Positions 51,076 to 64,000 of a DNA stretch of 64,000 nt are shown here, one piece after another. The notes below the pieces were generated by a model that saw only the letters and a list, made by a program, of their open reading frames with translations, was not told where the DNA came from and searched no databases. A program made the position numbers and the translations under genes. Source of the stretch: Octopus bimaculoides (lineage: Eukaryota); assembly GCF_001194135.2 (NCBI RefSeq), contig NC_068982.1, positions 70,171,244-70,235,243 of the forward strand. Direction: 5' to 3'. Each line of letters opens with the position of its first letter. Within the stretch, counting starts at the first letter, position 1.

Positions 51076-52624
51076 ACATGAAAAGTAACTTTAAAATATA
51101 TAATGATATAATTACTAGTAAATAGTATTCAACAGATAATAATCGTTTCAAATATACATATATGAATTAGGTTGCAACAATAACCAACAATTATAAAATC
51201 TACAAATAAACTAACCACTAATGAATTATTAATTGACTGTCACATATAAACAATAATAAACTTATTTCCAAAATGCATTAAATCAAAAAAGCATTATCAA
51301 TAACTGAAAATGTAATTGAAACTATGCAAGATAATTATAAGTTAGTTTCTTTTGTTTTCTGTCTGTATGGGTGAGTATAAATACACACACACACATACAT
51401 TCAGTTTTGTCAGTATTTTTACTGTTAGCTGGATTTCAAATACAATGTAGAATTTAAATTTATTTTCAGGCAAGTAGAATAAATGCACAAATGTCCTATC
51501 TTGTGAGGTAGAAGCATCTTAAAGCACATTTAGATATCTTAGATGATCTTATAACGGACATCATCTTTGTCACCCAAAAGCAGTTTGCTTTCTAACCATA
51601 TACTTTTGGGTTCAGTCTCACCACATGACATCTTGGGCATGTGTCTTCTACTATAGCCCTGGGCCCTAAGCCTGTCTTCTTTGTATTAAGTTGTAAAAAT
51701 GAAGTCAAACTAAATGGTGATATTTTGAAATCATTTAATACGTGCATTTCAGGTCTACATAATATATAACAGGAAATGCATTCATTGTGGAAGACCTTCC
51801 TCAGTTTATACATTTTGGGTGTGTATGTGTGTGTGTGTGTGTGTGTGTGTTTGCCACCTCATGACAATTTTTGATTGTTGTAAATAAGTGTTACCATCAT
51901 AGAAGTGGTGCTATTCATTTCCAATTTTCCATGAAAACATGTTCAATCACAAGGAAATAATACCTTGCTTAGAAGCAGGAAGAGCATCTAACTATTGAAA
52001 ATCTGCCGCAACAAATTCCATCTTATCCACAGAAAATAGGATGATGACGGACTTCCAAGTAAGAAACAAGATTTAAAAGATTTTCAAAAACTAAAATATG
52101 CTACCCAGCTATTATTTCAGAAAGCACTTAAAAGAAATTTGTTGAAGTGTTTTCATTAATATAATATATATATATATATGTAGTCAAACAAAATATCCAT
52201 CCCCAACTGTAACTGTTTGTTCTACTTGTCTGCCAAATACACCCACAGTAATATTGAACAATATCCCCTTCCATTCCTATTGAAATCTACCTAACTATTA
52301 GCAACACCCCCTACTGCTAAGGCCAACTGCCTGGTTACCAGCACTGCACCCATTCCAATTTCAATATAAATAAATCTTTGATCCACCTTTTTGTTACTAT
52401 CTCATGATCCACAAAGTTCTCCACCTAAGTTATCAAAACCTTCATTCACTTTCCTGTGCCAAATCTACAGACACCCTACACTTAAAATAACCTCTTAAAC
52501 AAGTTAATTTGATCTCATTCTCTGTGGGCAACTACTTAAATCTCTGGGAGCATACATGTAATAATGATGGGCTCTCCCATCAAGCACGATGTATGTGTGT
52601 TCAGCTTTTTGCCAAATGACCTGC

Positions 52625-52656
<32 letters not shown>

Positions 52657-55596
52657 TAGAGTAACAAATGGATATCTTCTAACAATATACATCATCATTA
52701 TCATTTAACTTCCTTTTCCATGTTGGCATGGGTTAGACATTTTGACAGAAACTGAAGAGCCAGAGGGATGTGCTGAGCTCCAATGTCTGCTTTGGCATGT
52801 TTCTTCCAATCACCAACCATTTTCCAGGGAGTATGTGCTAGGTGCTTTTATTGTGGCACCAGCACTAGTGAGGTCACCAAGTACTCACAAAGCAAGATTT
52901 CTCAAGCAAGTGGGGTAATGAATGGACATAGTTACATCTCAATTATTCTCACCTCCATATCTCAGATGATAACAATCATCTTTAACATTTAATGCGTAAC
53001 CCGTCCTTCCCACCTCTCTCTCTGGTTCTGAAAGATCAGTAAAAGAAAGCAAATTTTCATTTACAGTTTCATCTACATAAACTTTAGTTATAAAATTCAT
53101 GTTGACTGGGACATTCACTTCCCCCTGACAGCTTATTCAACCAATCTAAATTTGAATCTGTTCACATACTGAGTCCTCCTCATCAGTAAATGTTCCATTG
53201 TTATTCTTACTCTTGCTTTCAAATATGAATTTCAAATTAGCATTAAACTTAGTTATTCCCAGAAACAACAGTCTAGCATCCGTTCACTGATATTTTAGCA
53301 TAAATAATGATACAACTTATCGATGCCACCATCAAAAAATACATGCCTGCTGGCACAAAGATTGATAACAGAGTACTTTACCTAATCAATTTCAGAAGTT
53401 TATTTCATAATTATAATAGTCTAGTATTATTACCTTAACAGCTCTCATATGTAACCACAAAATTCCCACCAACAAACAAATGATTATAAAAAAAATAAAA
53501 ACAAATGTGAAAGGGTTTCAAAACTGTAACATAAAACATTATTATTAACAGTTCTCTCATTAAGGCAGTGAGCTGGCAGAATTGTAAGCACATCAGACAA
53601 AATGCTTAGTTGCATTTCTTTTTATTCCTTACATTCTGAGTTTGAATCCTGCCAAGGTCAACTTTGCTTTACATCTTTCCAAGGTCAATGAAATAAGGAA
53701 CCAGTCAAGTAGTGAGGTCAATATAACTGGCTTGATCCCTTCCATTAAAATGGCTGGCATTGTGTTCAAAATTTGAAACCATTGTTATTATTTACAGTTT
53801 TGTCATTAACATGTTAAGTTGGAAGAACTGTTAGCACATCAGACAAAATGCTTAATAGCACTTCTAGCTTTCTATGATCTGAGTTCAAATCCCACTAAGG
53901 TCAACTTTTTATCCTTTTGGGTCAGGACAATAAAATACCAGTCAAGTACTGGAGTTGATATAATTGACTTGTCCACTCCTCTGAAAATTACTGGCCTTGT
54001 GCCAAAATTAGAAAGAATTATAAACATTTCTCATTAAAAAAAAAAAACCCTGCACTCTGACTCATTCAGTCACTTCATATCCATGAATAAAATTATTATC
54101 TTTACTAACACTAATAGATGGCATAACAAATATAATAATCATACAGATTAAAGCACACAAGACTTTAATGGTTATTTTTTTCCTTTAAAAAGTTCCATTG
54201 CAAAAATGTTTAAGTGACATTTCTTTTATCGATCAGAAAGCTGAAGCAAAAAAAAAATGTTAGAAAGAAGAAAATCCTTTTGGCTTATATTAAACATATA
54301 CTGTATGCTTAACAATACAGAGTAGCAGAGAGCTGATGGAAATAGGAAAAGCAAATTATATATCAATAAAGTATAAATGCACAGCCAGAAAGATTCTCAA
54401 TAAAATAGTATATAGGATTGCAGTTTTAGTCAAACAGAAAATATTAGCAATGCTAAATGTTAGTAAAACTAAAAATCCATGCAGACTGGAAAATTGTGTC
54501 TAGAAAATCCATTATTGACCTTAGTAACAGCAGCATTCAACTGAAAGGTTTAAGATCACCAATAGCAAGCAAACAACAGTAGAAAGATATTCAGAAAAAA
54601 GCACACATTTCTATAGCATGGGTAACATTCCCCACTAACCTTATACGGCAGTTATGTAATACACAAGGAATCCTGTAAGAAATTAAAATAAAGTGTTAAT
54701 TCTTCCACAATATTTTACACAAGAAATGACATGGTTGCAGGAATCAGTCTGTCTCAAAAGTAAATAGCATATATGATAATAACCTCAGAACTTCTTCCAG
54801 TTGTCTCAGAAGAATCAGTGAGAGCACATATATGTACCAAATATTATCAAACAATTTAATTCCTCATTCAAATAAACAATACATTCAAGAACTAAATTAC
54901 ATTTTAGAATGCAACACAATAAAATTTTGCTGAAAAGAAAGAATTTCATATATATGTATACGATTATTTGATTGCACATGAAAAAAAATGATTTTGGGGG
55001 GTGGGAGGGGATTAATTTTTCCAAAAGATTTTTAGAAATTATAGTTCAATTTTCTAATAGAAATTAAATCAATGAATTTATATAAAATTAATTTTCTGGC
55101 TGTTAGTTTCATAGTTTGTAATGAAGACTTGTTGATATTTTGCTGAAACCAAAAAACGCTTTAGTTCTTTTATAAACATGTTTTAAAAAAATAAATAAAT
55201 AAACCTAATCATAAAAACCCACTAAAATTCTCAGGAAGTGTATGTAATTAACTATTACTATAAAAGCATTCATTTTATGACACTATGTGTGCATGTGTGT
55301 GGGTGGGTGTATATGAATACATATATTAGATATATACACATTTTTTCCTTTCAATGATAATTCAATTAAAAGTTGTAATAATTACTTTAAATGGCAGGGG
55401 AGAGTGAAATAAGTAACAGTTGCTATGCAAGCTAAGTAGCACTTCTACCTTTTGAAGCAAGCAATTAAAAAAAATAAACGAAAAAAAATCACATTTCATA
55501 CTTATAGTACACACAGCTGCTTCAGGTTTCCTTGGAAGCATCAAACAAGATAGCAAACACTAAGTCCCATATGTAGTAAATTAATAATAAACTTAC

Positions 55597-55678
55597 CAAC
55601 TTTTTGTCAGCCACACTAACTTCCAAAGTATTAGACCTAACCAGTTTAGCTCACAAACTAAATTACTAAAAAACAAAT
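55597..55678 (-). other. Candidate non-coding (5' UTR) exon, 82 nt
   Basis: Acceptor aaatttctttctAG at 55679-55680 and donor TTG|GTAAGT at 55596. Supported by splice signals only. Confidence 0.3.
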
Positions 55679-56496
55679 CTAGAAAGAAATTTATTTATTA
55701 TTATTATTGTTGTTGTTATTATTAATACTTCCTCTATCACAGGTACAGTACTGACAACTACTAGTAGGTGTGTCATGGACAATTTCACAACCCCAAAAAC
55801 CATTTGAAATAGACGCTTAATGGTATCTGAGTCATATTTAGATAAATTTACATTAAGAGTCATCACCTTGGAACCAACCAGATATGATGTTATATTGAAG
55901 ATGCCATGGAGGAAACAGTTATTTTAGTATTGTCATAATTCATATCAATTAACAGTCTAAAAATGCGAACTGCATACATTTACATAGCTTATATGCGTAT
56001 AAAAAAAAAAAACAATCCTTTTTATATTTTTTGTTGTCATTCCATGCTAGTTAGACAAGACTAAACCTGTTTTGTTAAGAAACTAATAAATATAGAGACA
56101 ATTGCCCAGCTTAATATCTACCAAGGATTCCAATAGGTTTGAGATGGTTTATGATGATTTACATCTATTCTTATCTACCATCACTTCTAATTTAAAATTG
56201 TAACCTTTCTTATTTTGAAGGAAATTCTATTTTCTTCTAACTACAATAGAAATCATGGTAATATCAGATAATCATACTATAATGAACTAATTAAGCTTGT
56301 TATTTCTGTAGCCCTTTGATATAACGATAAAAAAAACTTTACCAGTTGACACTACTGCTTCAAACAGTAACTTTATGTTGTTTAATGCATACTGAATAAG
56401 TAATTCCCAGTGTTAAAACATGTCTAGAAGAGATAAGACAGAATGAGATTAATGTCTCTGTGTGTGTGTGTGTATATATATAGAGAGAGAGGGGGG

Positions 56497-56574
<78 letters not shown>

Positions 56575-58494
56575 GAGAGGGAGAGAGAGAGAGATTTACA
56601 AATACCTCAGTGCTTTTTGATTTTTCAGTTTTGGCAAGGCTATGATCAATATAGTCACCTTAGAAAATACTGGTCAACAAGACTTGACCTTTAACTAGGA
56701 ATACATCTACCAGATATATTCCAGTTGAAAAGATAAGTGACAGTAGACAAATATAATACAATGTGCCACAGTAAGGTAGATTCTTAACATCATCTTGTCC
56801 TTGAAAACAGAAATGCCAATAGGAATTTCTAAGCTTTTAAATTTAGAAGAAGTTTAGAATTTTAAAAGAAAATACTTATTTGTTTACTCAGAATATATAA
56901 GTGTAGACATGGTTGGGACCAGTCTCACAGCATGGCACCAAGAGTAAGTGTCATCTCAAATAAGCCCCAAGTCAAACAGAAGTCTAGGCAGACTGAAAGA
57001 GCTCTTTCATATACATATCACTATCATCATCGATTTAATGTCCACTTCTCCATGGTTGCGTGGACTAGATGGAGATTACTGAAGCAGATTTTCCATAGTT
57101 GAATGTCCTTCCTGTTGCCAATCCTCACTTATTTCCAAACAAGGTAATATTTCCCTCCTGAATTGAGGTGCATGCATGTACACATGCATGCTTACATTTG
57201 TGCTTCTCAGAACATCACTCAGCTACCAGCAGTGATGTTGCAGTCATTTCACCTGTCTGATGGCTTTTCACACCCAAAGACATAGGGATACCCACTAACT
57301 TGACAAAGCAGGTAAGGATTAGCAACAGGAAGGGTATTCAGTTGTAAAACAACGCCCCAACATGGAAAAAACAGATACAAAAATGAACTAAAACCAGATT
57401 TATTTTTCTGTTTTTAATGAAAGAAGTCAAATGAAAAAATTCATTTTAAGATTGTATACAATAAGTGGAGCATGATATATTTACTATCAAAAGAAGATTA
57501 TTCTTTGCTCTACAAAAGTTAACAGTCTAAATCCAGAGGAAAAACAAGTCCACTTGTAGACTATATAATGAATTTTGGCTAAAAATATGATTGAAATAGC
57601 AATTACTTTTTTATGATACATGTATATATATAACAGTATTTTCTACAAATATTGACTGAACAAACAAACAAACACTACAATGTATTTTAATGAGAGCTGT
57701 TGAAGAATAGATCTATAGCTTCTGCATGAAGGATATACTTTATATTTTAAAACAATTGGCATAAACAAGAATCAATCTTGCAACAATTCTAACAAAAAAA
57801 AAAAAAACAACTTAATCTATATTCATTCCAAGTATATATTACATTATTAGATATAGAATAATATGTAATAATGTAGTAGAATCATCAAGCTATTAAATAT
57901 TCTGTTGTAATTATTACACATCCCATAAAATGAATGTATCAATTTTATGTACTCAGTTTTTCTCTTTCTTCCTGTCTCATGAAAAATTTTGTTAATAGAT
58001 TCAGCTAGTGTAAACAGTGATTTTTCTTCCATGTAAATCTCAAACATAATTGATTGAGATAACAACACCTCATTATAAATTCATTGCTACAAAAGAAAAC
58101 ATTCAGCAATTTATCTTTTATATCTTGTTTCAGTCATTAGATTGTGGTCATACTGGGGCACTGTCTTGAAGAGTTTTTACTCAAACAAATCAACCCCTGT
58201 ACTTATTTTTTTTTTAAGTCTGGCACTAATTCAATCAGTCTCTTTTGCTAAACTATTAAGTTACGGGAATAGAAACAAACCAACACCAGTTGTCAACACA
58301 CAAGCACACACATACATATATATACACACGATAGGCTTCTTTCAGTTTTCATATATCTAATCAACTCACAAAGCTTGCCCAAGATGCCATGCAGTGGGAC
58401 TGTACCTAGAACCATGTGGTTGGGAAGTAAACTTCTTACCATGAAGCCAACCCTGTGCCTATATCACAAAAAAAAATGAAAAAATAAACATTCG

Positions 58495-58794
58495 AGTAAC
58501 TATTTGATTCGAGCAAGGTCATTGCCAGTGCCGCTGGACTGGCTACCATGCAGGTGGCACGTAAAAAACACCTTTTTGAGCATGGCCATTGCCAGTACCA
58601 CCTGACTGGCCCTCGTGCTGGTGGCATGTAAAAGCACCCACTACACTCTCGGAGTGATTGGCGTTAGGAAGGGCATGCAGCTGTAGAAACTCTGCCAGAT
58701 CAGATTGGAGCCTGGTGCAGCCTTCTGGCTTGCCAGTCCTCAGTCAAATCGTCCAACCCATGCTAGCATGGAAAGTGGACATTAAACAATGATA
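58495..58794 (+). mobile_element. RTE 3' UTR/tail fragment, same family as 27745-28685
   Basis: It is the reverse complement of the 27750-28040 sequence (ggcgttaggaagggcatgcagctgtagaaactctgccagatcagattggagcctggtgcagcc...ggacattaaacaatgat). Many shorter copies occur, for example near 8690, 9620, 12480, 16420, 19330, 32090, 32590, 52690, 59600 and 62940. Confidence 0.75.
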
Positions 58795-58902
58795 NNNNNN
58801 NNNNNNNNNNNNNNNNNNNNNNNNNNNNNNNNNNNNNNNNNNNNNNNNNNNNNNNNNNNNNNNNNNNNNNNNNNNNNNNNNNNNNNNNNNATATATATAT
58901 AT

Positions 58903-58945
<43 letters not shown>

Positions 58946-58950
58946 TAGTG

Positions 58951-59377
58951 AAATTGAATAAACAAACATTAGAAATAACAATAACAAACAACAAGAGGAC
59001 ATGCACATGGAATGTACTAGTTCGACGCTCAGTAAAAAGAGAGTTTTTGACATTTCGAGCACAGCTCTTCATCGGAAAGGAAAACAGAAAAGTCTAAAGA
59101 GGGGGGCAGAATCACCAACAGCAATGTCAAAAACCCTCTCTTTCTACTGAGCGTCAAACTAATACATTCCATGTGCATGTCCTCTTGTTGTTTGTTATTG
59201 TTATTTTTAATGTTCGTTTATTCTATTTGACTATTTACTGCATGGTCACACAGCCCCTCTACGTACTTCCGACTGTTTGCTGATTTGGAGTACCTGATTT
59301 ATGGATTGTCTTACTCTACCCTTGGATTACATTACCTTTAAATTCCCTCTGAGTACGTCATTTCTGCACCTTGATAT

Positions 59378-59385
<8 letters not shown>
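58951..59385. mobile_element. Head-to-head inverted repeat, probable Penelope-like element pseudo-LTR
   Basis: Arms 58951-59054 and 59123-59228 are near-identical reverse complements. The longer + copy runs to about 59385 and shares about 90 nt (59280-59370) with an inverted dispersed copy at 18885-18973. The Penelope-like assignment is inferred from the hammerhead-like motif and the inverted layout; no RT or GIY-YIG ORF is visible. Confidence 0.45.
59044..59080 (-). ncRNA. Minimal type I hammerhead-ribozyme-like motif
   Basis: The minus strand reads UUU-CCGAUGA-A-GAGC-ugu-GCUC-GAAA-UGUC-AAA. This has a CYGAUGA box, a 4-bp stem II, GAAA, a near-palindromic AUGU stem III and a GUC triplet. 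It deviates from the canonical core by U4C and a stem I of only 3 bp. Confidence 0.5.
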
Positions 59386-59435
<50 letters not shown>

Positions 59436-59549
59436 CACACACGTATAAAATGTCTGTTACTTACTCTCTGGGTCTCCTCCTGAACTGCAAGTTATGAGGA
59501 CATAAACAAACCAACACCAGTTGTCAAGCAAGAGAGCGGTGAAGGTAAA

Positions 59550-59584
<35 letters not shown>

Positions 59585-59924
59585 CATCATCATCATCATT
59601 ACTATATGATGTCTGTATCGATACTGATAGGTTTGACAGCAGCTGTGCTACACTCCAATGTCTGCAAGGTTTCTATAGCTGGATGCCCTTCCTTTCACCA
59701 GCCACTTTTACAGAGTGTACTGCATGATTTTATGTGGCACCAGCCCCAAAGAGGTCACCAAATAACTCACAGGGCAACACCCCTCCACTGAGGTAGGGGA
59801 CTAATATTGAGGGAGGTGTCTTTGTGCCAGGTGAGGAGAGGTTAAGGTATGATAGAGGGACAGTTGGTTATTAGCACTTACTCCTTCATAACAATAAAGG
59901 CTAGCTTGAAGACTCTACATGTGT

Positions 59925-59992
<68 letters not shown>

Positions 59993-60294
59993 NNNNNNNN
60001 NNNNNNNNNNNNNNNNNNNNNNNNNNNNNNNNNNNNNNNNNNNNNNNNNNNNNNNNNNNNNNNNNNNATAGAAGCTACCTTTAACCATTTTTTTTTCTTT
60101 TCCTTTTCATTTGTTTTGAAGTTGAAAAATAGAACACAAGAGAATAGTACATATAACCAAAAGACAGCTTGAAAGGGTGGTATGCACAAAACATATACAT
60201 ATAAATAGTATGATTAAGCCTATTGTGTGTGTGTGTGTGTGTGTGTGTACACACACACTATAGATATAAATACTTAAATTTCATATTAACCCAA

Positions 60295-60349
<55 letters not shown>

Positions 60350-61285
60350 TCTAGAGAACAGTAAAGGTATCAATTCTCAAGTATATTATTCAGGAACATC
60401 TTAGAACTGCAAGTGTTGGATTAAATTTTCAGACTAATCTAGACAAATTGTGGTTAGTAACTATAAGCTTTCGTTTAGAAGTTATAAGTGATTAAACTAT
60501 TACTTTAATAGCGAAACAAATTGCCATAATCCAGCAGAATGACTACTTCAAATGCTATGAGGAGAATATATGAGCTGGTTGTTAATAGCAAGTTTTTAAA
60601 AAAATTACTGAGGTATCTTATTTCTATCATTGGACTGCATCCGTGCTGAGGCACCACCTTGAAGGGTTTTAGTTGAACAAATCAACCCTAGAACTGAACC
60701 CAAAACCATGTAGTTGGAAAGCAAGCTGCTTAATCACACAGCTATACCTGTAATAAAATGTATAAATAAAAATCAATTTACTTTGATAGTTAGCAGATTG
60801 AAGATAACAATATGTAATTCTTTCTCCGACAAAATTTAGCTCATGCTATTTCAAGATATAATGCTATTTCATGCTGAATTACAAGAATCTATAACCTTGA
60901 AACTTTGAATTTAAGATTGACAATAGACTGAACTGATTCCAAAATTGATCAACCAAACTAGATCATACTTTGCAGAAATCTGAAACAAGATTATTTTTGG
61001 GTAGCTGATAGAGGAAGTTTTTTTCTAAAAACGAGTTGGCACTTAAGTCAATATATTGCAAGAACAGCAAAGGACAACAATAGTGTTTGCCTCATCTAAC
61101 TATCGATTCAGCTATTAAATGAATCTACACAATAGTATGCCTCAAACATTTCTTATTTTATATCATCACATCCAATTATTATAACTCATCCTCTAAGTTA
61201 ATATCGACTTTATTTTGTACTGTTCTCACAGCAAATTACTTCACTCAACAAGCAACATCTAGTTTTGAGAGATTTATGATACATA

Positions 61286-61444
61286 AGGTGCAAACATGGC
61301 TGTGTTGTTAAGTAGCTTACTTTGCAACTATGTGGTTTCAGGTTCAGTCCCACAGAATGTCACCTTGGGAAAGTGTCTTCTGCTGTAACTTCAGACCGAT
61401 CAATGCCTTGTGAGTGAATTTGGTAGACAGACTCTGTGTGGCAG

Positions 61445-61528
<84 letters not shown>

Positions 61529-61688
61529 TAGACATCTTCCAGTTTCCATGTACCAAATTCACTCAGAAAGTTTTGATTGGCCTGTGGCCATAATAAGGGG
61601 CATTTACCTAAGGTGCTGGACAGTTGGACTATACCAAAAACCACATAGTTGTGAAGCTATCTTCTGAACCACACAGCCATGTCTGTAC
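61286..61688. repeat. Inverted pair of family-1 SINE heads joined by a palindromic (TG)n(CG)n(CA)n microsatellite
   Basis: A + head at 61286-61440, the microsatellite at 61448-61526 with its dyad between 61487 and 61488, and a - head at 61530-61688. Confidence 0.8.
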
Positions 61689-62169
61689 TTATGGATTTAT
61701 ATAATTGTCTGTAGTGCGTTCATTCATTTCACATCCATTTTCACAGACTAGCATGGGTTAAACATGTCATTCTCATTTACTTGGTTGATAATTTAATATG
61801 CTATTCTACAGGATACTTATCTCAAAAGTTCCAATTTTAAAACAGCAAAGTTGCCTAAATCTTAAAAACATAAAAGAGTATCACACAGTTCTGAAAAAAT
61901 GGAATACTCCACTTCTTATATAGCCCAATTGAATGAAATGAAATAGAAAATTATATTTCATATAAAATACTAAATGAATCCCTGGAAATTTTCAACAGCT
62001 TCTCCCTCCCCCTCTAACAATAACATCTACATGACTACAAAGATTCATATTGGTATACTAATCAGCAAAAACAAGATATATTTCATCCCTATTAATTTGC
62101 CAATGGAACAGACTTTACTAGAATTTTCATAATCTGATTATCTCTAGAGTATCGTCTCTCTACAGGGTG

Positions 62170-62460
62170 TGTGTAGCTTGCAGATCAGCCACCACTATTC
62201 TGCAATGAGTGGTCACAACTCCAGTACTACAGACATGTGATTAGAATGTCACAGGAAAGAGGCACAAGATGGATTCTTCAAGGTGAACCAACTAGCAGGA
62301 GATCAAAGGGTTGACCATGAATGAGATGATTGGATAATATCCATAGTCTCAGCTAGTCATGCTTAGAATCCAGCTGGAAAATGTAACAACAGTTGCTTTT
62401 GAAAGCACCCAATGGAGGAGGTACCTGAGAATTCTACTCTCTCAGGAACAGTGGGCAGAA
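62170..62460 (+). mobile_element. Decayed RTE-like LINE ORF2 C-terminal fragment (a third family)
   Basis: From 62222 it reads QYYRHVIRMSQERGTRWILQGEPTSRRSKG*P*MR*LDNIHSLS*S, matching the GHV.RM...R...G.R.RGRP..RW.D pattern. Confidence 0.6.
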
Positions 62461-64000
62461 AAGATGTAAAGGCAATTATCAAGAGATTTTTAGAAACATT
62501 GTGCTGAATAGTCTCACTTTTGCTACCAAGTTAAATAAACCCTCAAGTCACTAAGTAGAATGATATTTTTATACTTCCTGTTATCTTACTAAAATAAACT
62601 CGGAGATAAGAAGTGACATCTGTGAAATTAAACCTCGTGCTAATGACAAAATTAGAAACTGCAAACTAAGTCTTACTGTCTATATCTGCAACAAGTATAC
62701 TTCATACAGCACGGGAATAGGAAAAAGAAAAACACATTCTCATCATTTTAAAATGTATTTTACCAGGCTTGCATGGGGTGGATGGAATTTGCTGAGGCCA
62801 ATTTTCTATGGCCGGATGCACTTCCTGTCACCAACCCTCACTTGTTTCCAAGTAAAGTAATGTTTCACAATGGACAAGTCACTTATATGAGTGTGATTTA
62901 CAATAATCAAATGATGCCAATACAAGGGTGGGCACACATATCATTATCATCATCATTTAATGTCCATTTTCCATGCTGGTATGGGGTGGATGGTTTGATC
63001 AGAGCTGGCAAGTAGGAGAGTTGCACAGGTTCGAGTTTGATTTGGCTTGGTTTCTATGGCTGGATGCCCTTCCTAATGCTAACCACTTTACAGAATGTGC
63101 TGGGTGCTTTTTACATAGCATCAGCACAGATATCTTCATGTGGCACTGGAGCAGGTACTATTACATGGTGCAGCACAGGGGCTTTTTACATGGCACCAGC
63201 AGGCCAATCCTCTACAGGGTGAGTGGTATCAACAATATATGTATACACGCATGATGGGTTTTTTCGGTTTCCACCTGTAAGTCCACTCACAAGGCTATGG
63301 TCAATCCAGGCTTTGTTGACAACACTTCCCTGAGTTACTACACAGTGGGACTGAATCTAAGACTGCATGGTTGGTAAGCAAGCTTCTCAACCACACAGCT
63401 ATGCCTACAACTTATATGAAAACATAGTATATTATACTATATTTAATCCAATCACTTTAATAGAAACCTAATTAATTTGTGTCCAACTTTCATTCTAGCT
63501 ACATGGTGGAAAATACAACAAATTTCTCATCCAATCTTAGCATAAAGATATAGTATATGTTAAACAAATAAGAAATAAATCTCACCCTGGGTATAATACC
63601 AGTCTGTTATTAATTACTAAACATTAAATTAACCAAAGCACTAAACATTAACTAGTAGTGGATTTGAATTCAAGATTGAGTTGATCGCTCACTCTTATTC
63701 ACTCAATTGTATGTATCAGGTCTTTTAAATGGTAAATTGACAACAATTAATGTAATTATATTTACATACTTCTAAGACGAGGGATTATTAAACAAGTAAT
63801 TATTGATTGTATAAGATGAAGTTAATAACCCTGTCTATAATTACTCGTTTACCATTTAATGTAGGTCAATAAAATATGAGAAATTAGCATGAACAAATTT
63901 ACATTTTAACAATTGTGATATAAATGAAAATATCTTACTTTAAAGACTAAAAGCAGTGTAATTATTCATATAACACTTGCATTCTAAGACAGGAATCGAT

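Noticed and set aside
55666-55866. 66-aa hydrophobic ORF
   Set aside because: No splice support or known motif, and part of it derives from (ATT/GTT)n low complexity.

Overview
This is AT-rich, microsatellite- and SINE-dense metazoan DNA with seven N gaps. The repeat families match those I recall from octopod cephalopods, so Octopus sp. is inferred. One protein-coding gene is supported: a FAM13A/FAM13B-like RhoGAP gene on the minus strand. Five exons (24052-24247, 17216-17425, 13840-14023, 9435-9558, 1777-1863) join in frame through GT-AG introns into 258 codons from the ATG at 24220, and the gene continues beyond position 1. The first four exons are secure and cover the whole RhoGAP domain with the arginine finger (EGIFRVNG). 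Everything above 24250 looks like 5' intron or upstream sequence. It contains tRNA-type SINEs (some young, with perfect 16-18 bp TSDs), RTE-clade LINE 3' fragments, piggyBac-, hAT-, mariner- and Tc2-type MITEs, a DD37D-type transposase relic and a Helitron-like element. The most unusual items are: (1) a roughly 280-bp foldback at 58951-59228 holding a minimal hammerhead-ribozyme-like core whose predicted cleavage site lies in the foldback stem; (2) a decayed 28S rRNA fragment fused in antisense to a 5'-truncated SINE at 11418-11482; (3) two intronic pre-miRNA-sized hairpins; (4) a transposon TIR converted into a perfect palindrome; and (5) many inverted repeats able to form dsRNA in the pre-mRNA. 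I found no prokaryote-type system (CRISPR, operon). Family assignments come from recalled motifs, not database searches.
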